DNA from: Octopus bimaculoides
Taxonomy: Eukaryota
NCBI RefSeq assembly: GCF_001194135.2
Contig: NC_069004.1
Span: 12,511,799-12,575,798 of the forward strand
DNA: 64,000 nucleotides
Reading direction: 5' to 3'
The notes below the pieces were generated by a model. It was given only the letters and a program-made list of their open reading frames with translations. It was not told where the DNA came from and made no database searches. Shown here one piece after another: positions 12,464 to 25,506 of this stretch. The position numbers were made by a program, and so were the translations under genes. How positions within the stretch are numbered: the first letter of the stretch is position 1; each line of letters begins with the position of its first letter.

Positions 12464-12957
12464 AATTACACTGTGTAATAAAATTTTGATTTTTTTTTTT
12501 TCTTTTGTCTTTGGTCAGTAAGTGTTATTTCCTATTTGCTTCTAACTAGAAATCAAAGGAAATCACTAATATTCCCTTCAAATTTTTTTTTTACTGATTC
12601 GGACATCAATGTTTTGAAACTGACCTATTTTTCCATTACGTTTCAGACAGATTCAGCACTGAGTTGCTGAAGCAGAAATATCATTATAGCAAATATTCCA
12701 TCCAATACCAGAGATTTGCTTGTTAGTTGCTTGATCTTAACCACTTGAGTATGTCCCTTAATGGCTGGCAACTCTGATGATGAGCAGGAGTAGTGGGGGG
12801 AGCATCATAATCATGTGTTGAGAGGGATTCTTTGGGGTTTGAATAAATGTAGCAAAAGCAAAGCTTGAAGGAAATATTAGCCATTTTTCACAGGTTCTAG
12901 GGGTAAGCAAATAAGAAATAATAGTTGCTACCCAAGGACAAAAGTCATGTTAGACAG
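12464..12957 (+). mobile_element. ~500-bp MITE with long imperfect TIRs (family M1)
   Basis: Ends attacactgtgtaa…/…ttacacagtgtaat with ~100-130 bp imperfect inverted arms. Copies at 16698-17192, ~31159-31630, ~49568-49942 (5' truncated), 61568-62432 (reverse, split by a SINE). Confidence 0.8.
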
Positions 12958-13269
12958 GATTATAGGAGTGCAGTCATTGATGTATGTTTTCTTCACAACT
13001 TCAACTGCATGGTACCTTGTACAAATGTCTTCTATAACAATCAACCAAAGCATGTTTATCATATTCAATAAATAGAAACTATGTGGAAGCCTGTCAAAGG
13101 TATCATTCTTGCTTTTAGGTGGTGCACCTAATGTTTCACTTTGTTTAACACCACCATCACCTTGTTCTTTGGTGCCTTCAGCAGGTTCCACTCTTGTTGA
13201 TTCAACTCAGGTGTAAGGATTATTTACTGACTCCAGACTCAGAAGTTGTGGAATCATGGATACTGCCCT

Positions 13270-13630
13270 TCAACTTGATAAAAGCCCCCTCCGACTTATC
13301 ATCCTCCAGGCCATAGCAGAGGAATTCAAGACTTGAGGACCATGGGGGGAACTACTATATGCTGATGATCTTGTCCCCATAGCAGAATTAGGAAGGAAAT
13401 TCCAGTTGTGGAAAGAGAACCTGGAATCAAAGGGTCTTAAAGTAAACTTAGCAAACACTAAGGTCTTAGTAAGCAAGAAATCAGACAGGACCCTTCACCC
13501 TTCAAGGAAATGGCCCTGCTTGATATGTAGGAAGGGTGTAAGCAGAGATTCTATTCGGTGTCCCCAGTGCAAGCCACGGACTCAATAGTTGGAAGGTTAA
13601 CAGAGAAAGTAGTGTTTGTATGTGAGAAAT
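13270..13630 (+). mobile_element. RTE-clade LINE reverse transcriptase fragment
   Basis: LLYADDLV…WKENLESKGLKVNLANTKVLVS…WPCLICRKGV…IRCPQC, with frameshifts. Confidence 0.85.
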
Positions 13631-13830
13631 GTTAAAAAAAAAAAAAGAAAAAAACCTTGTGATGTCCCTTTCAATAATAATGTTCTTATAAATGAATAAA
13701 AAGCAGTAACTAACATTATGTCTCCTTTCAATAATGGCGTTTTTATAAATGTATAAGAAAGATGAATTTAATCAAATGTCTTTCCATTTTGACTTTCACT
13801 GTCACAAGAGAAATTCTTTTGCTATTGCAG

Positions 13831-13898
13831 CTCCTGGTCAACCAGTTGACGTATCCTTTTGGTCTTGTGTCTGTTGTAATGATGGTTAATGGAAGTGG
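13831..13898 (+). CDS. MTCH2: MTCH2-like exon
   Basis: LLVNQLTYPFGLVSVVMMVNGSG vs human FFASMLTYPFVLVSNLMAVNNCG. Confidence 0.93.
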
Positions 13899-14880
13899 GT
13901 AAGTAAATTGTTGTTTACTAATGATTTTAGGAATCGTGAAGAAATGTTTCATTCATAAATGAACACAAAACAAAATCCAATATCAATGACCTTATAGAAG
14001 CTTTTCCCCACCTCTCACCATTAACATGAAAGGATGGAAATATTACTGAGAATTTGAGTTTTGTAGTTTAGGAAACTTTAACCCCAGCTCTGGTCAAACC
14101 ATCCAACCCTTGCCAGTATGGAAAACAGACATTAAAGGATGATGATGATGATTTCTCTCCTGCTTCCACCGAGAGCAAAAATGAAATCAAAAGTTGAATT
14201 GTTAAGGAACCGGTTGATTGTCATAACCATTGACCAAATTATATGGAAAGGCATCAGTGTCACCTATCTAAGAGGACCTATAAAGGCCATACCCTTCTTA
14301 TTGTAACTAATTACTATAAAGTAACACAGGAGAGATACAACTCTGCTGTTTATGAATGATCAAGTGAATCTTGGTTTGATAGTATTAGGTGGAGATACCC
14401 AAGTTAGGGGGTAAACCAAAGAATCAAATATGCTTTGTGCTGGTAGGTCTAATATGCTATCACCTGGTCATTGAGAACCTTTAGCAGAATCCATTCCCTA
14501 TTGCAAGTGTTCCCTCCTCTGGTTCAGCTGCCTCCACACTTTTTCCTCTAATCATTGACTGAAATATGCTTAGAGTACACATCAGCTACAATAGTCATAT
14601 CCAACCTGAAGCAGGGCCTGCATGCATCATAGCCACTACATCACTCCTTCCTTAATTATATTTCAACCAGCTTGTTTATGTCAGCATAGAAAATTGATGG
14701 AAAGATGATTTTGAGGGCAATGTACAGTAAAGTTTATTACAAATTTTTAAATAATGAATTTAAAATCAACTCTATTTTCGACCCTCTGTCAATAATTTTT
14801 ATCATTTTCTCTCTTTATTGAATGACTTATTCCAAAGAAATAAACGAAAATAATCCATTTGTAAATATTTCCTTTTGTAG

Positions 14881-14956
14881 ATTAATTGCTGCAATGCCTC
14901 CCAATATGCCATTTTACCGTTCTTGGGTTGATTGCTGGAACCATTTGAGTTCAATT
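14881..14956 (+). CDS. MTCH2: MTCH2-like exon (last confidently assigned)
   Basis: LIAAMPPNMPFYRSWVDCWNHLSSI vs human LAGGCPPYSPIYTSWIDCWCMLQKE; ttgtag/gtaag. Confidence 0.93.
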
Positions 14957-15237
14957 GTAAGTAGCTGCATACATTTCATCTACAAGAGAAATTCTTCAAA
15001 CTTTTTATCTTTTATTTCTGTAAACATTTTATTTTTCTTTTATTTTTGTTTCACTTCCAACAAGTTATTACAAAGATTTCTTGCCTGCTTCCATTGAAAG
15101 CAAAATATTGTTAAAGCCTTCACAACAATTTTAAAACAATCTAAAGAGTTCTATTTTCTTTGAAATTTATCCCAAATGTATTTTTACTCAGTTGATTTAC
15201 TTGGTTCTGCCAATATCAGATTGTTTCTCTGACAGTA

Positions 15238-15523
15238 TTAACCCATTACCTCCCATAATTCTATTAACTGGAATCTTTTTTATGAAACTTTGATTTCTAG
15301 CATAAAACAGCCTTAGAAACACGCTGGAGTGATCAAAATAACATTTTAAATAGAAATAAGCGAGATATTGGGTGAAAAATTAGCAAACCACATTTGAATA
15401 TCAGAGAAATATACCTAGTAGATATAGCAAAAAAGTTAGATATGTGTAAATATTGACAGATAATTACGAAATTTGTAATTTTTAAGTGATCTCATATGAG
15501 ATCACTGGTAGGTAATGGGTTAA
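15238..15523. mobile_element. piggyBac-like MITE (TTAA-CCCATTACCT TIR)
   Basis: ttaacccattacct … aggtaatgggttaa; perfect 22-bp subterminal palindrome at 15485-15506. Confidence 0.7.
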
Positions 15524-18104
15524 TGCCTTACATTTCAAGTTCTCTCTCTCTCTTTTTTTTAATTTGGCACTTTAATATTATCCTACAAACTTTTCACAAC
15601 CATTTCCCCTGGTTTTAAAATTTTCCTAGTCCCTATTGAAAACCAGGACTAATATTCGAATTAATAATAAAAACAACTCCTGCCATCCTTCATCGAATTT
15701 CTCTCCCCTTAGTATCTCAATCTTTACCCAAACTCTTCTTTTCAGTCTACACTGTCATTGGTGTTACCTGTGACTGAATAGAATCCAATCTGCTTTCTGT
15801 GTCTCTCACCTGGATATCAACAATAAAGACCAATGTCTCTCTCTTCCTTCATCTTTAGCCACTAATGGATATTCTATTATTTCTCCTCCTTTTCCCATAC
15901 CCCTTCCTCCCTCACATGTGAAGGTGCATGGCTTGAGCTTACAATTGTGAGGTTGTGAGATTCCCAGACTGGGCAGTGTGTTGTGTTCTTGAGCAAGACA
16001 CTTTATTTCATGTTGCTCCAGTTCACTCAGTTGTAGAAATGAGTTGCAACATCACTGGTGCTAAGCTGTATCATCCTTTGCCTTTTCCCTTGGACAACAT
16101 TGGTGGCATGGAGATGAAAGATTGGTACACCTGGGCTACTGCTGGTCATTCACAAACAACCTTACTCAGACTTGTGCCTCAGATATGAGCTAAGTGCAGT
16201 CCCTTGGTCACTCATGACTAAAGAGGATCTTTACCCTCTCACTATCTTAAACTGTCTTCCTAAGTATCTTTATCTTTCATTTCGCATAGATTCTTCAAAT
16301 ATTGTTGTTCTCCTTTCCACCTCCAATTTGAACCTCTACCTTTATCATCACTGTCTCTAACCACTGATTTATCAAGGTGACACACTTCATGTCTTCCTAC
16401 TTTGCAACAGCCATTAGAGCCTTACCCCCAATCACTTTGGTTTTGCACATCAATTAACTGCTGGAATTTTGCTAATTCTTTACCAGTGAGTGTGTTAAAT
16501 TATAAGGCACCAAAAGAGAGTGACTCTCCCCAGACACAACAGAATTTACTGAATAACTTTGGCAACAAATGTTTCCTGTCTAATTCTATCTCCAAGACAG
16601 GGTACTGATACCAGCAACATAAATGCTTCCTCGTTCATCACACAACAAAAGCACTTTACAAACTTACAACCCAAGTTCAATCAGATAATTCAATACCAAT
16701 TACACTGTGTAACAACATTCTTATTTTTTAGTCTTTGGTTAGTAAGGTGTTATTTCCTATTTGCTTCTATCCAGAAATCAAAGGAAATCACTACTATTCC
16801 CTTCAAAATTTGCTTTTCTGACCTGGATGTCAATGTTTTGAAATTGACCAATTTTCCATTACATTTCAGACAGATTCAGCACTGAGTTGCTGAAGCAGAA
16901 ATATCATTATAGCAAATAATAGCTCAGTACTACAGATTTGCTTGTCAGTTGCTTGGCCATAACCACTTGAGTATGTCCCTTGGTGATTAACAATATGTGC
17001 ATCTCTGAGCAAGAGTAGCGGGAGAGCATCATAGTCATATGTTGAGAGGGATTCTTTGGGGTTTGAATCAATGTAACAAAAGCAAAGTTTGAAGGAAACA
17101 TTAACCATTTTTCATACTTTCTAGGGGTAAGCAAACAGGAAATAACAATTGCTATCCAAGGACAAAAGTCATGTTAAATAGTGTTATCAAATTACTNNNN
17201 NNNNNNNNNNNNNNNNNNNNNNNNNNNNNNNNNNNNNNNNNNNNNNNNNNNNNNNNNNNNNNNNNNNNNNNNNNNNNNNNNNNNNNNNNNNNNNNNNNNN
17301 NNNNNNNNNNNNNNNNNNNNNNNNNNNNNNNNNNNNNNNNNNNNNNNNNNNNNNNNNNNNNNNNNNNNNNNNNNNNNNNNNNNNNNNNNNNNNNNNNNNN
17401 NNNNNNNNNNNNNNNNNNNNNNNNNNNNNNNNNNNNNNNNNNNNNNNNNNNNNNNNNNNNNNNNNNNNNNNNNNNNNNNNNNNNNNNNNNNNNNNNNNNN
17501 NNNNNNNNNNNNNNNNNNNNNNNNNNNNNNNNNNNNNNNNNNNNNNNNNNNNNNNNNNNNNNNNNNNNNNNNNNNNNNNNNNNNNNNNNNNNNNNNNNNN
17601 NNNNNNNNNNNNNNNNNNNNNNNNNNNNNNNNNNNNNNNNNNNNNNNNNNNNNNNNNNNNNNNNNNNNNNNNNNNNNNNNNNNNNNNNNNNNNNNNNNNN
17701 CCCCAACCCCACCCCACCCCGTCTTCCGACAAGTTTCTCTACTTGAACATGTTAACAGATTTTGTTTTACCTTTTCTTACTTCATCAAATTTCCCTAAAA
17801 AAATGAATTAATTAATTAAAGGAGGATCTGAAATAATAGAGTGGTTAAGAGGTTAAAGTTCTGAAGTCCTGGACCCAGTAATCCAAACTTCACTGCTTGT
17901 TTTCCTTTGTTGTGAGTAAACATTATTCTTGTAACAACACTATACAAATTTCGAAATGAATAACTTCTTGTTAAAGTTCAGCAATTGTTCATACAATGTA
18001 ACACTTCACCTGTTTGATATCCAAATGGCAGAAATATTTCAGTGTTGGAAAAGATAACCAATATTATTATTATTATTATTATTATCATCATTATTATTAT
18101 TATT

Positions 18105-20770
18105 ATCAAGGTGGTGAGCTGATAGATTCGTTAGTATGCCAGGTAAAAATGCTTAGCAGCATTTCATCATTTGTTACATTCTGTGTTCAAATTTTACCAA
18201 GGTTAACTTTGCCTTTCATCCTTTCAGGGTCGATAAATCAAGTACCAGTGAAACACTGGGGTTGATGTAATTGACTAGTCCCCTCCCCCAAAATTTCAGG
18301 TCTTGTGTCTTTAGTAGAAAGGATTATTATTATTATTATTAAGGCAGTAAGCTGGCAGAATCATTAACATGCCAGGCAAAAGTGCTTAGCAGAATATTGT
18401 CTATCTGTACATTCTGGGTTCAAATTCCACTGAGGTCAACTTTGCTTTTCATCCTCTTGGTGGGGTCAATAAAATAAGTACCAGTTGAGCACTGGGGGTC
18501 AATGTAATTCGTTTAGCCCCTCCCCCCAAATTACTGGCCTTGTGCCGAAATTTGAAATAATTATTATTTGTATTATTTTGTTAATAAGGCAGCAATCTGG
18601 CAGTATTGTTAGCATGCCTGGCAAAAATGCTTAGTGGCAGAATCCATCTGTACATTCTGAGTTCAAATTCCACCAAGGTTAACTTTGCCTTTCATCCGCT
18701 CAGGGTGTCAGTAAAATAAGTACCAGTTGAGCACTGGTGTTAATATATTTTAGCTCCTTTCACAAAACTACTGGCCTTGTGCAAAAATTTGAAACCATAA
18801 TTATTACTATTTTGTTTGTCTTTCTACTCCATAGTTAGTTTAGAGATATCTCTTCATTTTGTACCTTTTCTATAAACATCATCAACTGATATTTCATTAA
18901 ACTTCAGATTGCTTTTTTTTTATGTTAAACTCGTCTTCTTTGATTTTTTTTTTTTTTTAATGTATCTCAATTAAATTATCCTAAAAATAAACAGTTTCTG
19001 GCAAAATGCAAAACTATAAATTGGTCGTAAAATTCTACTGAAGCAACTTTCTCAGATGTTCTTAAAATCTCAGAAAATTTTCAGTTCTGTATTTTGAAGA
19101 ATTACTTTGACTAAGATCATAACTTTTAGTCCTAGAAATCATAACATCAACCATTTCTGTGAAATGTTGTATATTGTCTAACCATATATAACTACAAACA
19201 TTTTAAAATTAGGAAACGTTTAAAATTCAGTAAATTCATTATTTTTCCGGGGTTTTTTGAGTTTTTCTTTATGTTAAATGAGAAAAAAAATGCATGTTTT
19301 ATAGATATTCTTCTATTTTCCTTTTGTTTCATAGAAATTTATTATTATTATTATCATCATCATTAAAGTGTAAGGTGGTGAGCTGGCAGAATCGTTAGCA
19401 TGCTAGATGAAATGCATGGCAGTATTTTATCTGCTGCTACATTCTGAGTTCAAATTCCACTGAGATTGCCTTTGCTATTCATCTTTTCGGGGTTAAGATA
19501 ACTACCAGTGAAACAGTGGGGTTGATGTAATTGACTATCCACTTCTCCCAAATTTCAGGCTTTGTGCCTTATAGTAGAAAGAATTATTATCATTAAGGTG
19601 GCAAACTGGCAGAATCGGCGGCGGCATTTCTTCCGATTGTACATTCTGAGTTCAAATTCTGCTGAGGTTGATCTTGACTTTCATCCTTCCAGGGTCGATA
19701 AAATAAGTACCAGTTCGGTGCAGAGATCGATTTAATCAACTAGTTTCCTTCCCTGCAAAATTTCAGGCCCTGTGTCTATAGTAGAAAGGATTATTATTAT
19801 TATTTCTTCAGATGATGAGTTTCACATTTTTAAAAGAGAATATAGGTTGGCATTCAGAAATTTGTATTGATGTGAAAAATCTATCAATATTCAGATATGC
19901 ATCTTATATATTCTGTTTCTGCTATGATGTAGTATTAATCTTACTGCCAACTACCATCCTTTCATTTCTTCATGTGACAACCGTTTCCAACATTCTTCTA
20001 AACAACAATAATTTTAAGACCTTCCCCACCTTTTTTTTTTTTTTTTGTAATTTCAGAAACTAATTAAAGATCAAAACTGGCTAATAAAATTCAAACTTTT
20101 TTTTAATATATATTTATTTATCTATTCATCTCAAGAATATTTCAGTCTCAACAAAAACCCTAAAAGCATTTCTTGAAAAATCTTCTTACCTTTATGCTAG
20201 TGCTGATATCCACTTCATGAGAAGATGGAAAAACTAATTGACCCTGGTCTGACCTGAATCCAAAACTATAAGCACCAAGTTAAGTATTAACAAGAATCAA
20301 ACATCTTTTCATACATTTTCTTTTACTCTAGAGAAGAAGACTGTTCTCTGTGCATCGTAAACCCATCTTCAACATCACAACACTCAATTTTTTCAAGATG
20401 TAGGAAACCAGTATTATATTTAGAACACTAAACATGAGCTATGTCCCCCTTTGAGGGCAACTGTATGTGTACCAGAAAAAAAACTGGGTTCACTTTGACA
20501 ACAATGCTTTAAATCAGTCACTCTCTACTAACGCTTGAAATTATTGTTGTTGTTGCTGTTAAGGTGGCAAGCAGGCAGAATAATGTGTTGGACAAAATGC
20601 TTAGTGGCATGTCTTCTGAGTTCAGATACTTACTACCAAATACCACCAAGGTCAACTTTTGCCTTTCATCCTTTTGGGGTCAATAAATTAAGCACCAGTG
20701 AAACACTAAGGTTGATGTAATTGACTAGTCCCCTCACCCAAAATTTCAGGCCTTGTAGCTTTAGTAGAAA
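18105..20770 (+). mobile_element. Cluster of about six same-orientation tRNA-derived SINE family A copies
   Basis: Each starts aaggYggYgagctggcagaa, carries ctgagttcaaattc (B-box) and ends ggccttgtgcc…attattatt. Other copies at ~4265, 5495, 5705, 6605, 6830, 11798, 12015, 32630(-), 43770(-), 54296, 56290(-), 56515(-). Confidence 0.85.
20332..20403 (+). CDS. Candidate terminal exon of the MTCH2-like gene
   Basis: Strong polypyrimidine acceptor (cattttcttttactctag); RRRLFSVHRKPIFNITTLNFFKM* only loosely resembles the human C-terminus. Confidence 0.25.
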   Translation, partial: RRRLFSVHRKPIFNITTLNFFKM

Positions 20771-23700
20771 GGATTATTATTATTATTATTATTATTATGT
20801 TTGTGGTATTCAGTTATGGCTCTCTGCATCTTGAGCTCAGCCCCAGCTTTGCCCCCACATAATTTTTACCCTTCTGAGATCAATAAAATGATGGGCCAGT
20901 CAAGTCCTGGGATCAATGATATTAACTGATCCCTTCCCTCTAAAATTGCTGACCTTCTGCCTAAATTAGAAGTTGTTATTATTGCCATGTCCATCAGTGG
21001 GTCCTGCAGATGACATGTTATGATTGCCTAAATATCTGACAGGGTTGACAGTGAGTTGGTTAAGAAATACATCTGTTCCTGTATTTTTGTTTGAATTTTG
21101 TTGAACTCTACCTTCATAACGATCAAATGGTGACTTTTTGTCTCATAAGCTGACTGCTTTATAGCTTCTCAGTCTTAATAATGTTCATCTCTTTTATTGT
21201 TGACGTTCACACTAATTATGATATGATATTTAAGCTTTTCTAAGGAATTATCATTCAAATATTTTCATGTTTTTGTCCTTAATACTTCAATGTGTGTGTG
21301 TGTGTGTGTGTTGATGTTTTATTATTATTATCAAGACATTTTATACCGCAAACTTTCAACTATTGAAGTTGGTTGTAGTTAGAGAAATGATAGAGATTTT
21401 ACATTCCATTTTCTCCGTGACATTAAGGAAATTCATGGTAATTCCCCCACTTGGCCATAGCCTATAAGTACTGGAGGGGTCAATGTAATCGACCAAATCC
21501 ATTCCCCTAAAATTACTGGCCTTGTACCAAAATTCGATGCATAGAACAGAATAAACTTCATCACTTCAATATTTCCATGACTCTTAGATCTGCCTTCTTT
21601 GCATCCAATACTTGGATTAATATTGGCCACCAGGTCTTTAGCTGCCTCTAACAGAGTCCACTCTGTTGCAATTGTTTGGCTGAAGTCTCCCTCTGGTAAA
21701 AGGATAACCAATAAGTTGTGGTTTGTTCCTCTCTTTCCCTTACAACCAACAGTCTCAGAGACCTTGTAATATGGTCACAGAGACTGTCCTTTCTTCTCTG
21801 GCTAAAACAATTGAAATAATTGAAGAAACTACCCCCCCCCCCCCGTTTGTTGACATTTGTAGTTATGACAAAGTAAATAGTTGAAATGAAATTTTGAAGA
21901 AGGTTTCTATAACTATGATACAAACTTGATGTTTACTACATTCAAACATTTCATTTTTATAAAGTAGAGAAAGAAATAACATTCAGAATAAACCAATGGT
22001 TTTTATACTGATTAGTTTTATTTCCTTTAGCGGATTAGCAAATAATTCAAATAAAATGCTAGGCAACAACTTATTTCATTAAAACACTCTTCAATCAAAT
22101 AAAACTGATGATACATGTAGTAAGTAAAATTTATTCAAATATTTTGCTATCTCACAATCTATTGGCATAGATTTTTTTGTTGTTTTTTTTCACGTCATGT
22201 TGATTTAAATAACAGACACCATTAAATCTCATTTCTTGTCCTAAAAAGAAAAGAAATAAAACAATTACTGTTTTATTTTCAAAACTGATTATAAAAATAT
22301 TTCTGATATTTTTAATTGTTATATAGAATTAGTTTGTTTCTTGAAGAATATTTTTTATTTTTTTAAAGTTTCAAGATCTTACCTTTGTGTTTCAAAAACA
22401 GAAGATATAGGATCACTTATTATTTACTTCTAATTACTGATTGTACAAACTTCAAATTTGTCTTAGATTCCAGCAAAAAATTGTTGTAAAAACATTTGTT
22501 ATTAGAATAAAGTTTACTCAGTTTTTCAAATAACTTAATATGATTATTTTTCTATTTTCTATGGGAAGTGTTTGGGAATCGTCGTTGGAGCCATTGGTAA
22601 GGTGTGTTGACAGACATGAGGACCACTGAGACACTTGGAAACCTGCTGGTGGGATGATGAATTTGGAAAGAGAGATTGATGAGAAGCGGAAGAGGGTCTG
22701 AGAATGGTATAAGATTTGGAGTATGGTAGCAAAAGAGGGTTACAAGGTTGCAAAGAAAAGCAGCAGCAAAGGCAAAGCAGTTACATAGACAATGTTTGGA
22801 GAACATAAGCATTTGGGGTTAAGGGGTCAGTGAGAAAGATTGTAAAGTAGTGATGTATTTGAAGTGAACTGCTTGAAAGGTGAAATAAGACAAATTGTTG
22901 TGAAATCGCAAGAAATTAAAGGAAGGTGGAAGGGATATCATCATCATTTAGTGTCCACTTTCCATGCTGGCATAGATTAGGTAGTTTGACTGGAACTGGT
23001 AAGCTGGAGAGCTGCACCAAATTCCAGTCTGATTTGGCATGGTTTCTACGGCTGGATGCCCTTCCTAATGCCAACTACTCCAAGAGTGTAGTAGATGCCT
23101 TTTGAATGTCACCAGAAAATAAATACAATGGCAACATCAAGAGGGGTCCAGTTTTAGCATTGATAGAGGAGGTAATAAGAATAATGAGGATGGGAAAAGT
23201 AGGAGAGACAATTCGATTTGTTGGGAAATATGGTGAAGGTAGCAGAAAGTTGGGTGGGGTGAAGAGGAGGAAGACTGTATCAGAGATCTGTATGTTGGCG
23301 GAAGAAGAGAGCTTTTCAGTAGATTGAGAATTGGAGGTGTTTTAACAATTAATGAAATTTCTTTGACTTTCAGGCATTTTCTTTCTCCATTCAGCAACTG
23401 ATGAAGAATACAACGACACATTCAACACCTCAGCTGTTTACAGAACAAATATTTGATGTTTAGTAAAATCAAATGGAAAAGAAAATAACATTTTTGAAAT
23501 TCCCCTTCCAAGCTTTGATGATAAAGATTTCAGTGTAAACTACCAGTCTGTATGACATTATATATACTCAAACATGGAATGGCACTAACTTTAATAGTTT
23601 GTCTCAGAGAAACTAGTCTGTAGATGCCAGACCAGCAAGGGGAGGCGGCTGACCTCCCCTGTTCGAAGGTTATAATGGACACAGGTTCGTGTGTCACATA

Positions 23701-25135
23701 GCTAGCTAGAGGCGATGGCCTCTTGGAGCTAATCAACGGCAGAATTCGTCCTATTTTGGGGACTGCCATATTGGCTTGGCGATAACTATTAATATCCAGT
23801 ACCGCTGCTGTAATCTCCTTTAGAGAGACTTAGAAATATATATATATATCAGTTAAGGTTGAAAATGTATATAAACTCTAATTGATATCAAACTATTTCT
23901 GAAAATAAAAATGTAATGATGGCTGAACAATTGACATCTGTCTATGTTTTAAGTTCATATCACCACAAAGTTGACTTTTTCTTTTATTCATTCAGGTTCT
24001 GTAAAATAAGTCATACCAATCAAATCCTGGGGGGTCAAGTGAATGTACCATATCACCCCACCCTGCCTTTAAGCATGTGTGACCTTGTGTCTGTATAGCA
24101 TGAAAGTCGACAGAAATATGAAATAGGAGATTTAGTTCCTTGTAATATTTACTGTTCAAAAATTGTATTGCTTGACCTGCAAAAGAGAAAGAAATCTCTT
24201 TCTCACTCTTTTCTATTCCTCTCTTTAGTTGTTTAAACCTGAATGAGCTGATATCTTAGGATAATAATGAGTAGCCGTTACTGTTACAGTGTTCACTAGC
24301 CACCATATGGGGGTGGTCAGTATACAAACAGGGAGAGAATCAGGTCTAAAAAATCCTCGTCTTGTGTTGGCAAAGACCTGATAATCTCTCCAAAGCTGGT
24401 ACCACAATAAAATGCATCCAATTCCTATTATATTCTTTACAGTTTATCGTAATTTTGTAGTTGAAATAAATGAAAGAGAACTAAACAATTTTTTTACTTC
24501 TCCATAAAACACCATTTCCTTGTGTAAACTTGGAATGGTTCAAGAAGGAAGAAAAATAATTTTAAATATCATTGAAATAGGAGACCCAGCAATGTCTCCT
24601 ATAATTTATTTGGTACAGAATTCACTTCTTTAAATGTACACAATTTCGTTACAGATTGTAATTGTTAACATTCATTATTATTTAAAAAATACTGTTTTCT
24701 AAACAAGCTAAGATCATTATGGATCTGCTAACTTTGTATGAGTCTGAACCCTTGTACGTCGAGTATCTTCATCGGAGTCTAATCTGTTGCTACCACCCGG
24801 ACCGGTTTGACGGTACCTCCCTCCTTACCACTTATATCAGAGACTCTAAAACACAGGTACAGTCTTCTCTTCTAATTAAAACACATCTAATACGTTAAAA
24901 GGTGCACGAATAAAGCTTAAAGTGAATGCGAAAATAATTCCGTTTAATTATTTACGGATATCTATCATATTATATTTAAATAATAACTTAAAAACAAATA
25001 ATTCAAAACGATTCAATCGACATCAACTCTTTTTCTATAATCAACTAAACTATTTGAAACATCTTTATCAATAGATACTCTGTTACCCCCCTAATTTAAA
25101 GTAAACTCTCCCAACGTTGTCCCTTTAATGGAATA

Positions 25136-25332
25136 AACCGGAAGTAACTCTCTATAAAACCAAATATCTTCTGTTATTGTTATTTCTAATAAAATTCATT
25201 AAGTTTTGAGCGTATTTCTGGATATAGATTTTTAAAAAGTTTTTTTTGATGTTTTCACAGGAAATGTTTTATGCTTTGTACCGCTAAATTCCTATAAATT
25301 ATCGGTTAATATTTGGTATATTACTTCCGGTT
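25136..25332. promoter_or_regulatory. Putative promoter with two inverted ETS (CCGGAAGT) sites
   Basis: aaccggaagtaa (25136-25147) and ttacttccggtt (25321-25332), a perfect 12-bp inverted pair ~110 bp upstream of the THAP gene ATG. Confidence 0.6.
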
Positions 25333-25438
25333 CGATGCACTCTCCTCTTCACATCAGTCTCTGTTTATTTGTTTTATTTATATTTCTTGTATAAATAATT
25401 AACTGACGAATAAATATTTACATCTAGATGCAATAAAT

Positions 25439-25506
25439 ATGTCTCAGTGTGCAGCATTGAATTGCAAGAGTGTAACGTCAGAAGGTAGCGGCAAAACCTT
25501 TCATTT
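25439..25506 (+). CDS. THAP-C2H2-BTB protein exon 1 (THAP N-half)
   Basis: MSQCAALNCKSVTSEGSGKTFH(L)/gtgagt; M-x2-C-x4-C…FH THAP start. Confidence 0.9.

Noticed and set aside
21433-21923. Two overlapping minus-strand ORFs (92 and 91 aa)
   Set aside because: No consistent splice boundaries and no domain similarity recognised
22383-22415. Strong minus-strand gtaag donor with a phase-compatible peptide DPISSVFETQ
   Set aside because: In-frame stops immediately upstream and only a purine-rich acceptor
24719-24898. Plus-strand ~59-aa ORF containing YHPDR (DnaJ-like HPD motif)
   Set aside because: The rest of the J-domain pattern is absent; likely chance
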